A stretch of 63,156 nucleotides of DNA, filler included, from Fonticula-like sp. SCN 57-25 (Eukaryota): the NCBI GenBank assembly GCA_001724245.1. It is 12 parts of 12 records of this genome, joined end to end, with 100 filler letters (N's around TTAATTAATTAA, not from the genome) between each part and the next. Parts side by side here need not be neighbours in the genome. Positions count along the whole stretch, not along the records: positions 47,636 to 52,746 come from MEDX01000625.1; positions 52,847 to 57,951 come from MEDX01000626.1; positions 58,052 to 63,156 come from MEDX01000627.1; 9 more parts are not named here. One strand, 5' to 3'. The notes beneath the pieces were generated by a model. The model made no database searches and was not told the origin of the DNA. It saw only the letters and a list, made by a program, of their open reading frames with translations. Below, in pieces: positions 50,236 to 62,400 of this stretch (position 1 is its first letter; each line of letters begins with the position of its first letter). Position numbers and translations under genes: made by a program.

Positions 50236-51521
50236 TCAAGGGGAACCGGATCCGGGCTTGCGGGCAGGCGCCGTGTTCTTAATGTTGGACTCGACAGCGC
50301 CGGCGGCGAAGAAGAGCATGCGCTCGCGGAAGGAGAGCTTGTCGGGGTTCTCGGCCTGCTTGCGGCCAATCTTGATACGCAGTGTCCGCGAGTTGGACGC
50401 GACATCCTGCGTCTGCCTGATCCACTCGGGCAGGAAGCCGCGGCCGCCGAGACCGCGCGCGCTCTCCATCTGGTCCTTGATGTGGCCCAGGCGCTCGCGC
50501 TCCTCCATCTCGGCGACGAGGCGCTTCTTGAGCAGCAGCAGCTCCATCTCCATCTCGTACTTGGTCATGCGCGGGCGCGAGACGGGCTCGTCGTCGACCT
50601 GCGCGGCAGGCAGGATGCGCGCGCGGCGCGGGTCGCCCATGATGGCGTGCAGCTCATTCTTGAGCGACACAATCTCGACCTCGAGGCGGTGGCGCTCGGC
50701 GGCCTCAACGTTGAGGGCGTTCTGGAGGCGCTCCATCTCGGCCTGCGCGGCCTTGGCCTGCGCAACCTCGTCGACGCCAGTCACGCTCAGGCGCTGGTTC
50801 ATGTCCTTGAGCTCGTTGAGGCGAGCCTTGAACTTTTCAACCTCGTTGACGATCGAGGCAGTGTCGCCCTGCATCAGGCGCTCGATGCGGATGCGCTCGT
50901 CGACATCCGAAATGTCGTCGAGCACGTCCTGCTCCGAGAAGCTCGACACGGAAGACGAGCGCGAGACGGCCTGGTTGCGGAGCTCGAGGAGCTCGCGCTC
51001 GAGCTCGAGACGGCGGATCTCGAGCTGCTGGACGCGCTTCGAGGCATCGTCCATGCGCTTCAGCTCGTCCTGCTGCACGCGGCGCTGCATGTCGTCGATG
51101 CGCTTCTGCTGCTCGCCAATGAACTTGTAGAGCTGCGACACCTGGTAGCGGATGTTGCTATCCCACGGGGGGTCAAGGTACGTCGTCTGGGTGTTGTGGT
51201 CAATGTAGTAGACGCCAATCTCGTCATCGATCGACTCATCCCAGCCGAAGGGGAGCTCGCCCTCCTTGATCTTCATAATGTCCTTCTCACGGGTCTTGGC
51301 CGTGCGGGGATCGATCCAGGTGGTCGTCTTGGTAGCATGGCTGCAATGGGGAAAAAGTCAGCAAAAAAAAGAAAGAAAGAAAGAACGCACTCGACAAAGT
51401 AGACCTGGCTGCCCTTGTAGCCCTTCTCCCAGCCCTCGGGAAGCTCGCCGAGCTCCTCCTCGGTCTCGTAAAAGTCCTCCGGGACCCGTTTCTTAAAGTA
51501 GTCCGCAGACGTGGACGGCAT
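50236..51521 (-). CDS. Tandem-WW + coiled-coil protein, Kibra/WWC-like N-terminus
   Basis: ELPEGWE......YFVD|HATKTTTWIDPR followed by ELPFGWDE..D.EIGVYYIDHNTQTTYLDPP (atypical second WW, as in Kibra), then coiled coils. Confidence 0.75.
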
Positions 51522-52475
51522 GATGTCTGCAGAAAACAAAAACAACGTGGGGTTAGCAGCCGAATTAAACCTCAATTAATTAAGAAAAGACGATATATTC
51601 GACTGGGCCAGCAGCGCTCAGACCGAAAAACAGAGAAAAAGCGGCCCGAATCCCCTCTTTGCAAAAGGGATTGACCTCCAACGACAATCGAAAAAAACGT
51701 TCGAAAAAAAGACCCATAGGCCACAGAAAATAGAAAAAAGGCCTCCACTCCACCTGTCAACACTCCCCACCCCCCCTCACACGCTCTCCTCCACGTTAGC
51801 CATACCTTTCAGAGACCTAGGACAATGGCCTCTTCCTAGACTGTGCGGTGCCGTAACGAAAAGAAACTGTTAGGGGAATGCTCGGTCACACGAGGACTCG
51901 AGTCAACGATTCCGCGCAAAATTGACCGGGGTGACACGAATTGACTACCCATTGTGGCCAATCAGAAGCCATGTCCGACCAATCAAAAGCGTGGATGGTG
52001 ACCCCCGTGCCGATTTTGGTAATCGGAAACGTTTTTGAAGATTGCAAGCGTGTCCGGGGTGGAATCGGGGGCGAAGGCCACAGGACCCCCTGGAGCGCGT
52101 GACGTTTTTGACGCGGGAATGCAGGTAGAAAAGGGCGGCGAGGGTGTACGGCAGCGATAGTGTGTAAAAGGGACAACAGGAGAGTATGTGTACTGTACAG
52201 TTGTGCTTTCAAGGACGAATTGATGCGAAAATAACTGCATTAAGTTTTGCATTCCAGGTCAAAAGGTAAACTGATAAGGGCATTACCAAGATTAGAGGAA
52301 CAAAAAGCACACAATTCACGTCAAACGTAGCAGAATACCAGAAAATACGTATGGCTACCACTTCATGTCGCTTTTCTTATGACAGAGCTTGCCCCAGTAT
52401 TGCGCCCAAGTTGCAATTTTTCCGATGTCTAATGTCGGTTTCAATCCGACGCTATAGCTTGATTTTGACTTTGCC

Positions 52476-52746
52476 ATGGCGTATACGGTGCCGAACGCGC
52501 ATCGGCTGCATGCCGGGTACAGCCACGCGGCTCTCCGCGCCTACCAGCGCGATGCGGGGCCCCTCACTGCGGCGCACCTTGTCTACCCGATCTTTATCAC
52601 CGACAAGCCCGACGCGCTTGAGCCGATCGCAAGTCTCCCCGGCCAGTATCGGTACGTGTCACTGTCCGCTTCCCGCCCTGCTGACAAACATGCCAGGATC
52701 GGAGTGGACAGGCTCGCCGGCGTGATTGGCCCGCTCGTCGAGAAGG
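52476..52746 (+). CDS. ALAD: Delta-aminolevulinic acid dehydratase (3'-truncated)
   Basis: LHAGYSH..LR.YQ......HLVYPIFITD.PD...PIASLPG..R|.GV.RL. Confidence 0.9.
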
Positions 52747-52846
52747 NNNNNNNNNNNNNNNNNNNNNNNNNNNNNNNNNNNNNNNNNNNNTTAATTAATT
52801 AANNNNNNNNNNNNNNNNNNNNNNNNNNNNNNNNNNNNNNNNNNNN

Positions 52847-53398
52847 AGATTCTGACACGTGGCGAACTTCAAGTGAGCGAAAAGGAGCGCGACAGCCAAT
52901 CTGCCAGTCTTCTAAAGGACATTGCGACGACGGTGGCCGAAAAGTGCATCAACCCCGAGACGAAGCGGCCGTACCCGCCGTCCATGATCGAAAAGGCGAT
53001 CAAGGATCTGCACTACTCGGTCAAGCCCAATCAGCCGGCCAAGCAGCAGGCCCTCGATGTGATCCGCCAGCTTCAGGAGAAGAACATTATCGCGATTGCC
53101 CGCGCTCAGATGCGGCTCAAGGTCATGCTGCCGATCAAGGACGCCAAGCGCATTGTCGTACGTGGATCAATTTGCAGTTTGCAGTTGTACTGATGCGATG
53201 CAGGATCCGATGAAGCCGCTGCTGGCCAAGATCGAGAGCGAGGACTGGAGCGCCGACTCGTACGAGTGCACGTGCCTCGTGGACCCGGGCAAGTACAGGC
53301 AGCTGGACGAGCTGATCAGCGGCGAGACAAAGGGGAGGGGGATCGTCGACGTGCTCAACATGCGGCAGATGAAGGACGGCGACGAGAGCCTCATCTGA
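52847..53398 (+). CDS. SBDS: Ribosome maturation factor SBDS/Sdo1 (5'-truncated)
   Basis: IL..GELQVSEKER, AEKCINPETKRPY, KQQALDVIRQL, IARAQMRL and LVDPG.YR. Confidence 0.93.
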
Positions 53399-53655
53399 AA
53401 ATGCGCTATTTTACGCCTTTTGATATTTTGTATGCATCATATGTTTACGGAGAGATATTAATGTAACCTTTCCATGCGATCGTGATTGGAGCAGATATGT
53501 CCATAGCATAATTATGTCATGCTGAAACGAACAGCACACTGCATTGTCGTAGGAATATATTGATATTATGCATTAACAATAAAAATGCCAAAGATTCACA
53601 TATAATAAGTTAATGAAATTCAGGTTTCGCCATCACATTTCATATCAAAACCGCA

Positions 53656-55057
53656 TCATTCCGAAAATAAAGGCCTGATCGCCTCCGCCAGCACACCCGC
53701 CACGTGCTCATACTCGCTGTCCGTCAAGTGCAGGTAGTCATAAAACGCATCCGTCGGCAACACAGCATCAATGGCCACGTGATCAGCCTTCCATGGATCG
53801 ACAAACATTGCGCGATGGCGGCCCTTTAGCGCCGCCGCCAGCAGCGCGTTCACTTGAAGGTGCTTTCGGCGGGGGGCGCAGCGCTGCTCGCCACGTGGCG
53901 GAAGAGCAATGATGGCCACGTGGGTGTCTTCCCAGAGGAGGTGGAGTGTGTCGAGAAGGGAAAGAATGCCGTCGGCGACTTCGCCGCTCGTGTGGTCGCT
54001 GTTGTTGGTGCCGATCAAAAGAGCGACAACTTCGGGAGGACAGCGCTAAAAGTGGGTAAGCAAACTGCAAACTGATATGGCCACGTGGGAAATGCGATAG
54101 ACATAGAGAGCACACTATGCCCATACTATATCGCACAAGCTAATGTATGTGGCAAACTGCAAACCGACTATAGTTCAACCCACCTTTCCTTCCCGCCACT
54201 ATGCGTACCGCGCATGCAACGGCCTCCCTCAGACGAAAGTTTAGAAACTGCACTTGGTCCCCTCCTATCCCCAAGTTTGCAGTTTGCTCGCTTGTCAGGC
54301 CGAGGGCGCCGATGAGGCTCGCCCACGCGGGCGACCGCTCAAAGTGCTGCACGAGGCTGTCGCCCGCAAACACAAACCGAAGCGGCGGCTTCTCCCGCTG
54401 CTCGGCGCCGCCGCTCAACGGGCCGTGGTGCTTGAGCGACATGGTCGTGAGCGCGACCGAGTTTGTGAGCGTCATCGAGACGCCCGGCGGGATCCCCTTG
54501 TAAGTGTCCACCATCACCTCGTTGATGGGCGTGCCCGACATGCCCATCACACAGCGCATCTGGCGGCGATGGATGCTCATCCAGCGAGAGTCGCCGTGCG
54601 TGTCGACGAGGGAAGCCATCACAGCGGCAGAGTTGACGCGCGAGAGATGCGACGGCGGGAGTTCAAGATTGGGATCGCGGCGCGATGGAGGGAGCGAGGA
54701 GACGAGAGAGGTGCGGCACCGCGATGAGGGGGAGAGATAGATGGGCGCGCCGCGGCGAAGAGAGTGAATGATGCGGTCAAGAGGTTTGGCAGTCGCTGGC
54801 GCGGGATCGAGGCGAGAGTCGCCGCCGATGACGCACAGGGCGACGGTTAAGCACTTGTCGTCGGCATGCCACGACAGGCTCGCGAAAGGGATCTTTGCAT
54901 CAAAAAAGCGCCCAAACGACTCTAGTATCAGCGTGAGCACACCGTCCTCTGCACTAACGTCGACCTGCGCCACAAAGCCATTGGTGCAGCGCGCGACGCT
55001 GCCCTCGGACGCATCCCAGCGCACGGCATCGACCGCGCCGAGCATTGCTGTCGTCAT
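53656..55057 (-). CDS. PAF-acetylhydrolase IB-like SGNH hydrolase with N-terminal extension, 2 exons
   Basis: D.HGDSRWMSIH, FAGDSLVQ, NLGIGGD, LIGTNN, PPRG and FYDYLHL (intact S-D-H triad); phase-0 intron about 54207-54046. Confidence 0.85.
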
Positions 55058-55213
55058 CCGTCAGTCATCCGTCAACAAGAACAATGACTCCCCATTCCCA
55101 TACACGGTTAATTTATCCATTTATGGCTAAATTCTTTTTTAAAAGGAAATTGACCCATGTTATTGGCCAATCGCATCGCAGTCGGAAGGTGCTTTGTGAT
55201 GGTGGCGCTAAAC

Positions 55214-57209
55214 ATGGCAGGGATCGCCGCCGCCGCCGCGGGGCCGCTCCTCGCCCTTGTCCTGCCAGCGTCCGCTCAGAGTGCGCCTCCTACTCTATTG
55301 CTTTCTTTACGCACTCACACACGCATCGTCCATTTTTCTATTGTTTGAATAACAGGCGGATCGTGCTCTACCGATGCTGACTGCAACGGTCATGGTAAGT
55401 GCGTCGCTGCAGGTCAGTGCGCATGCGACGCCGGATTTCTCGACAATGCTTCGTGCTCTGCCTGCGAAAGGAGCTCGGACACGTACCCGGACTGCGCCTC
55501 GTCGGAAGAGAGTGCGCACGGAGTGTTGCGAGGGGGTTGATTCTGACACGGTTTTGAATAGGTGGCAGTCGCATGGGGTTGCTGGCCGCGCTCCTAGCCG
55601 GTGTCATCCTTCTCGTAGTGGGGCTCGCGCTCTACCGCTATTTTTACGTAAAGTGCGTTTTTTTTCTTGTTGAAGCTTTTCTCAATGTTGTTTCAGGTAC
55701 CGCGTTTCGTCAAAGACGTCCCCAAGCTACATCGACGAAGTCTCTGAATCGTACGTATTTATTGGTATTGTCGTTCAAATTCGACACCTTGTTTATTTTG
55801 GTCCTTATTGTCTTTTTTCGTATTCTTTATGTCCTTTTTCCATTGAATTTTTCGCCCTATCGCTTCCCTTCTTTTGACTAACGCGATTTAGCGATGAGAC
55901 GCCGCTGATCGACCCCTCGGCCCTCCCCTCGTCCCCCCCCTCGCCGCTCCCCGCCATCTCCCCCCCCGTCCTCGTCGTCCCGCGCTCCTTCTCCCCGCCG
56001 CTGCGCGCCTCCCCCGCCGAGCTCGAGGGCACGTGCCTCGATCTGACCGAGTCGGCGATCCGATCGCGCGCCGATCTGATGTCGCGGCTGTCGGCCAACC
56101 CCGACCTGCTCGTGAGCCGCGTGTGCCGCCGCGTCGCCGTCACCGTCATGAACGGCCACGTGGACGAGATCTTGTCGCCGGACGCGTCCGAGTCGTCTAG
56201 CGGGATCGTCGATGTGACGCTTTTGCGCAACCTGATCGGTTCACTCCTTGTCACCCATGTGGACGCTGTCCTATCAGAGGCCGGCGCCATTGCGAGTCAC
56301 GTGCGCCCGCTTAGTGCTTACGTGGCCGAAGACCAGGGGCCGCGGCCGACCATGGAGGACCGCGCGTGCGTGCACCTCTACGCGCGCGAGCTCATTGAAG
56401 ACACCCACGTGGACAACAGCCTTATTGGCGACGTCGATGGCCTCATGGACAATGGCCTCACGGGCGACACAGGTGCCAATCACACCCACGTGGACAACGA
56501 GCACGTGTCCATCTTTGGTGTCTTTGACGGCCACGGCGGCTCCTCTGTCGCCCACTACGCCGGCACGCACACCCACGTGGCCCTCTTGCGCCACCCGCAG
56601 CGCACGACAGACATTTCTGTCGCCCTCCGCGCCGCCTTTCTCGACACGAACCGCCGCCTATTCGAGGGCGCGCAACTCCGCCCACGTGGCCAATCGCCAT
56701 CCACCGCCGGCTGCACAGCCCTCTTGGTGTGCGTGACACCCCGCGAGGTCGCGACCGCGTGGGCCGGCGACAGCGAGGCCGCCATGTTCTACCGCTCCGG
56801 CCACGTGGTGCCGCTCTGCCGCCCACTTCACAAGCCGTGGGACCCGAAAGAGCGCGCCATGATTGAGCGCCGCGGCGGGACTGTTTTCGAGCGCGGCGGC
56901 GCGGCGCGCGTGTGCGGCGTGCTGGCCGTTTCCCGCGCGTTTGGCAATGCGCGCTTCAAGGACTATATCACGGCAGAGCCCGATGTCCACGTGATGCCGG
57001 TGACGGGCGATGAGGCGTTTATGGTCATTGCGTGCGACGGGCTGTGGGACGTGCTCACGCCAGAGGGGGTCGCGGCGTTCTTGAAGAGCGCCAATACGAT
57101 ATTGAGGGAGGAGGTGGCCGAGGCGCTCGTCATGTATGCGAGGTCGTTGGGGTCGACGGATAATATTACGGTTGTTGTCGTGTTTTTCAACCAGAACGGA
57201 GTGTGGTAG
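55214..57209 (+). CDS. Receptor-like PPM/PP2C phosphatase: signal peptide + laminin-type EGF + TM helix + PPM1E/F-like catalytic domain (561 aa, 5 exons)
   Basis: Exons 55214-55280, 55356-55511, 55562-55652, 55697-55750 and 55892-57209 total 1686 nt, stop-free, with four canonical phase-matched introns. PP2C motifs: MEDR, VFDGHGG, AWAGDS, HKP, LAVSRAFG, ACDGLWD and DNITV. An alternative ATG lies at 55199. Confidence 0.85.
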
Positions 57210-57498
57210 CGAAGAGTCAGAATGAAAGTGTATTCTAGGTGTTAAATACAGGCATTTTATTAGTACTTTATGGGTAACAATGTTGCTATGAAAGTTTGTA
57301 ATTGGAAGGGGTACAAGGGCGTACGAATGACTTGGCTGCGTCGGCACAAACTCACGGCGTCAATGACATTGGCGTGTTCCACAAAGCTGCATCAAAGGTA
57401 GGGACGCAATTGATGACGCGGTGACGCCCAGCACGCAACGCATACAAATCAGAAGAATCAGACTTGAATCAGACGAATCAGACGTAACGGTGGTGACG

Positions 57499-57951
57499 AT
57501 GATGCGGCAGCAGCAGGGCGACCCGGCATCGCATGCGAGCCGCCTGAGCGCCGCTTCCACGAGCTTAACTTCCAACGTCCTTCGCAACGTCAAAGGGATC
57601 CGCGCGGACCTGCTTGACGACTCTTTCGGAACGCGTCCTATTGATCCCGCTGCGGCGCTGCATGGCGATGATGCCGCCGTGGCCGATGACACGGGCAGCG
57701 GATGGGATGATGCCACCGACTTTCACGAGATCGAGCCGACGTTGCATGCCGCCGATACGAGCGATGCGCCGAGCGGCGCTGTTGGAGAAGATCTCCATGA
57801 CGTGATCGAAAGACTGGAGCGCGAGCGCATGGACGATCGCCGCCGCATCATGGACCAGGAGGTACACTAGAGATCGACAGCCAACCCGGTCTAACCCCTT
57901 GTCTCAGAGCGAGATTAACGGACTCCGCCAGCAGCTTGCCTCGAGCGCTTC
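57499..57951 (+). CDS. Hypothetical coiled-coil protein, 5' fragment
   Basis: Open frame MMRQQQGD...ERMDDRRRIMDQE|SEINGLRQQL, cut by the spacer. Confidence 0.5.
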
Positions 57952-58051
57952 NNNNNNNNNNNNNNNNNNNNNNNNNNNNNNNNNNNNNNNNNNNNTTAAT
58001 TAATTAANNNNNNNNNNNNNNNNNNNNNNNNNNNNNNNNNNNNNNNNNNNN

Positions 58052-59250
58052 CTTCCCCTGCGCCGCGTCGTCAAACTCGTCGCTCTGCACGCTGCGCAGG
58101 ATGCGCGACCGCACGGCGGCCATGCGCCCCGAGGCGGCGCCTTCCTCCTCGCCGGCGCCCCCGCGCGCGCGCGTCGCCGATACATGCTCCTTGAGCATGT
58201 CGCTCAGCTGATCAGAGATCATATCAAGATACTTTTCAGCATCGGAGCGGCTCATGTCGAGCGTTTCCAAGAGACGTTCGTGAGCCCTATTGTAGTAAAA
58301 TAGAGTGATTAGCAACATGGAAAGGAAGAAAAAGGTATATGACAAACCATTGGAAGGTGGCGAGCTGCTGCTTGGTGTAGACGAATTCCTGGTCCTCAAG
58401 CTCCTCAAACATCGCCTGGTCCATCCGATCAACAAAGTCCGCCTTCAAGGGGGTGCCAAAGTGCTCCGCCTAGTAATAGGAAAAGCAACAGTAAGTAAAA
58501 ACGGAAAATGAGAAAGAACATAATTAACAATAATACTCCTTTTCTTTTCAAGGATAGTTCATCGTGGCCACATCGGCGATCAAACAAAAAAGACCCGCGA
58601 TCGTCCAAAAAAGACGTCCTTTTCTGCCCTTCCAAACACCAAATTGTCCATTTTTTCAATGCGCACCTCGGCCATTGCGACGGCAGAAGCCGTGTCCTCG
58701 AGATCCTCCGCCTCTTCCCGCTCGTTCTGCACCTGGATCCGGGCCTCGGCGCCATAGATGCCCTTGCTCCACTTTTCGCGCATGCGCCGGCGGTACGACG
58801 CGTACTCGGCGTCGTCGCTCTCCACGCTCGAGTACTCAAAGGGATCCTGCTGCGCCTCGAGCGCATCATCAAACTGCATCCGGCGATGCCACTCGCTATC
58901 GCCGTACGACTTGATCGACTTGCGGGCAGCAAAGACCGGACCCGGCGGCATTTGAAGGGCCTAATAAACAAACAAAATGTTAAAAAATATTCAAGAAAAA
59001 AGGCAAAAAGAGAAGAAGAAAGAGAAATGGAACGCACGGGCTCGAGGCCGACACGCTTGCCGGTGCGCTGGAAGGGATGGGCCAGCTGCCGCTGAGCCAC
59101 GCGCTCCTGCGAGAGGCGATGCGTGCGCGACACCGGAGGAGTGATCGCCGGCGGGAACTTTTCCATCGCAATAAGAGAAACAGGCTTGTCGAGGAAAACA
59201 CCCGAGCGACATAGCGCCGCAAGGCGCTTGTGAACCTGCTGCGCCGCCAT
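58052..59250 (-). CDS. Probable mitochondrial ribosomal protein mS23 (Rsm25-like), 4 exons, 3'-truncated
   Basis: N-terminal VHKRLAALCRSGVFLDKP......KFPP and later AMAE|AEHFG resemble mS23/Rsm25 motifs; introns are phase-compatible. Confidence 0.55.
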
Positions 59251-59463
59251 CGGGGCTGGCGATCCGCGAGGCACAGAGAGTCAAAGTGTACGTTTCAAAC
59301 CGACTGGACAAAAGTCAAATCAACAGTCAGCATTCTGATTTTGCATGAAGAGTTGAAGTTGCCACGGCTCATTCGCCACATTGTGCACAAAAGGCGAATA
59401 AAGGCAGTATATTACACAATAATGTACACGCAAAATACAACTACACACATCAAGTAGTATAAT

Positions 59464-62400
59464 TCAATTACAAAATTGGCGTTCTAGTCTTTCAGAAATG
59501 GCGCGCGCGTTCCCGTGCAGCCTGCCCGTGAGCGTCCTCGCCCACTTTGACGGCAGCAGCGACCAGTACACGGCGGGCTCCTTTGACCGCGGCACTCTGA
59601 GCGCTTCCTCTATCATCTTTGGGTCCACGCGCTGCTCTGCCTTACGCTGCACGACGGCGCGGCTGACCTTTCCGCGCTCCATTCCCTGCCCGACGTCGAG
59701 CAGCAGCCCCGCGACGCCAGCCGTCGCCTTTTGAGCGTGGTCCGCCGCCGACTGCGTGACCGCCGCCGCCTCGCTGTACTGGATTGTCCGCGACCCCTTT
59801 CCGGCGGCCGCCGCACCTGCGTAGAGCACCGCGAGCGCGTCCGATGCGGCAAGGCGCTGGGCAAACGCCCACACAAAGTCGGCGTCGTGGCGCGCCAGCG
59901 CATGGTAATAGTCAAGTGCAAGCTGCTGCAGAGCGCGCGCGGCGCGGTCGTCCAGCGCGGGCACCGCCGCGTCGGCGTAGCGCCCCAGCGTCTCGTACGT
60001 TGGCGCAAACCACGGCGCGTCAAAGAGCGCCGTTAGGAAGCGAAGCATCGCCGCGGCCAGCCGGAACGGCGCAGAAAAAGTGTCAATCGCCGATTGGCCG
60101 TCTATGTTCGCCAGCAGGGACGGCAGGCGCGACATGACGCGTGGCAAAACGTCAGTTTCAACCCGACTATGGAAAAAGTCGTCTTCCTGGAGCAGGAGGT
60201 GGTGCAGGAACGAGATGGCGGCCTCGTCGGCAGAAGCGCCGCCGTCGGACGCGTCGAGGCGGCGCACGATCGAGCCCCACATGCTGTGCAGCAGCGGGCG
60301 CAGCTCGGTGCGCGAGACTCCCAAGACGGGCAGCGACGCGCGCACAAGGGCGAGCACGGCTCCCTGGAGCTTTGCGGACGGCGCGCTCAGCAGCGCAGAC
60401 ATGCGCTCAACAAGGTACTTTACCGTCGCGTAGAGGCGGCGGTCGACGGCGGAGAGCAGCTTGAGCGGGTCCGACGAGTCGTCCGAGGCCATCGCGTCGG
60501 CAACGGCCGCTTGGTCGTCCTCGGGCGTGTCGGCCGCCATAGCGCGCTTGCGATGGTGCGCCGCGAAACCGCGAGCAGCGTCGCCAATCTCTTCCTCATC
60601 ATCGCTCTCACTCTGCATCTGATCCACCTGATCCTTCTTCATATTCTGCTGCTGCTGCTGGGCGGCGAGCGTCTCAAAGTGCGCACCGACGACCGCCACG
60701 TACGCGTTCAGCGGCACGATCACCATGAGCGGCACGTCAGTCTGCGCGTGCTGCTCATCAAGGACATCGAGCAGGTCGCGGACGGCGTCCTCGAGAAAGG
60801 GCGCGACGCGCAGCCCCGCGGTGCGCAGCGCGGCGCACATGACGGCGAGCGCGCTCTGACCACTCGCACGCGTTACGTGGCCGACGCGCGTAGAGATGGC
60901 GTGCGCGATATAGTCAACGCGGTCGAGGATGACCGCCGCGGGGTCGCGCGCGCCGGCAGCAAACGCAACCGCCTCGAGCGCGCATTGCGCCGCAATGACG
61001 ACGCGCGGGTGCGCGTCCTGTGCGCAGCACAGCAGCGGGTAGAGGCATCGAAGCAGCTGCACCTCAAGCACGGCCGCGTCGACGCAAAGGGCGGAAACAG
61101 CAACCGCGCGAAGCAGCGCGACGAGCCGCTCGCCGTCATCATCTGCTTCGCGCGATTCCCATGCAGGGCTACGGAGCGCAGCATCTAAAAGTTGGTACGC
61201 ACACTGCGACGCCGCACCACGCGGCGATCCGTGCGCGCCGGCAACCAGGTGCGCACAAAAAAGCAGGGCCGCGTCAGCATGCGCGCCGGAAAAGAACCCC
61301 ACAAAGTGGTCCACGAGGCTGTCCACGTCGGCGACCGCGCCGATGCGCTGCACAACGTCCTTTAGCAAAGCAACACCGGCGGCGTCGGCTCCAATGTGGC
61401 GGAACCGCACGGACGGCATCCGCGCGAGCAATGCACCGACGTCGCCCGCCGATGCGCCAGACTCGGCGAGCGACGGCGGCACTTCGGCGACAATTGTCAT
61501 GTGATACTTTTGCCGCATCTGCAGCGCGTCCAGAATGTCGACAGCAGAGTCCATGACGGCGACAGTTACGGCGGGCCGCGCGAGGTCACCGGCAAGTTCA
61601 AGGTACCCCGCCGCGCAGCGGATGGCGAGCAGCTTGGCGTCGTCGTGCGCAGCAGCCAGAATCGTCTTGAACAGTGACGAGATGCGCGACGATAAAAGCC
61701 CGGCGACCACGTCGGCAAAGACAAACCCGCGGGCGCGCAGGCGCTCGGCCGTCGCGTTGAGCAGCCGCCCGCCGTCGTCCGCGCTGAGTGAGACGAGGGC
61801 GTCCGCCAGGCGCGACACAGAGACGCCGCCGACCGACAGCGCGCACTCGCACATCACCGCGGACGCCAGGTGGGCAACGGCGGCGCGCACCGACTCGGAC
61901 GAGTGCAGCGTCAGCGGCGGGAGAATATGATTCAAAACATTGCCGATGCGTTCAGAGGTCTTGTCAAGCCAGGCGCGGTCGCGCACGGCGGGCGGAGGCG
62001 GGCCGCGCCGCCTGTCGTCCGCCTTTGCCGGCGACGGCGACGCCTTTTCAAGCGCACGCTCGCTCGAGGTTGGCGTCGCGTCCGCCCGAAGAGACGCAAA
62101 AAAGGCGCCAAAGTCGGCCGACGAGGATGGCGGGGGCGGCGGAAGGATCGGCTCATTCAGAGCGTCTGACAAAGTCGATAGCAGCGCCGCCTCCAGGAGC
62201 GAAAGAGAGCCGACGAGGATGCGCTGGGGCGTCTTGTCGTCGCGGCGAAGGATCGAGGCGCACGATGTCACGATGCCGGGGAGCACAGCGAGCACGCGGT
62301 CGGGCGCGTGGGTCGCGATCAGATCGAGCCAGGCGCGAGATGCGTCCAGGCTGGACACGCGCGCGGCGATAGACGCACTGCCGCTGGCAACGTCCAGCAA

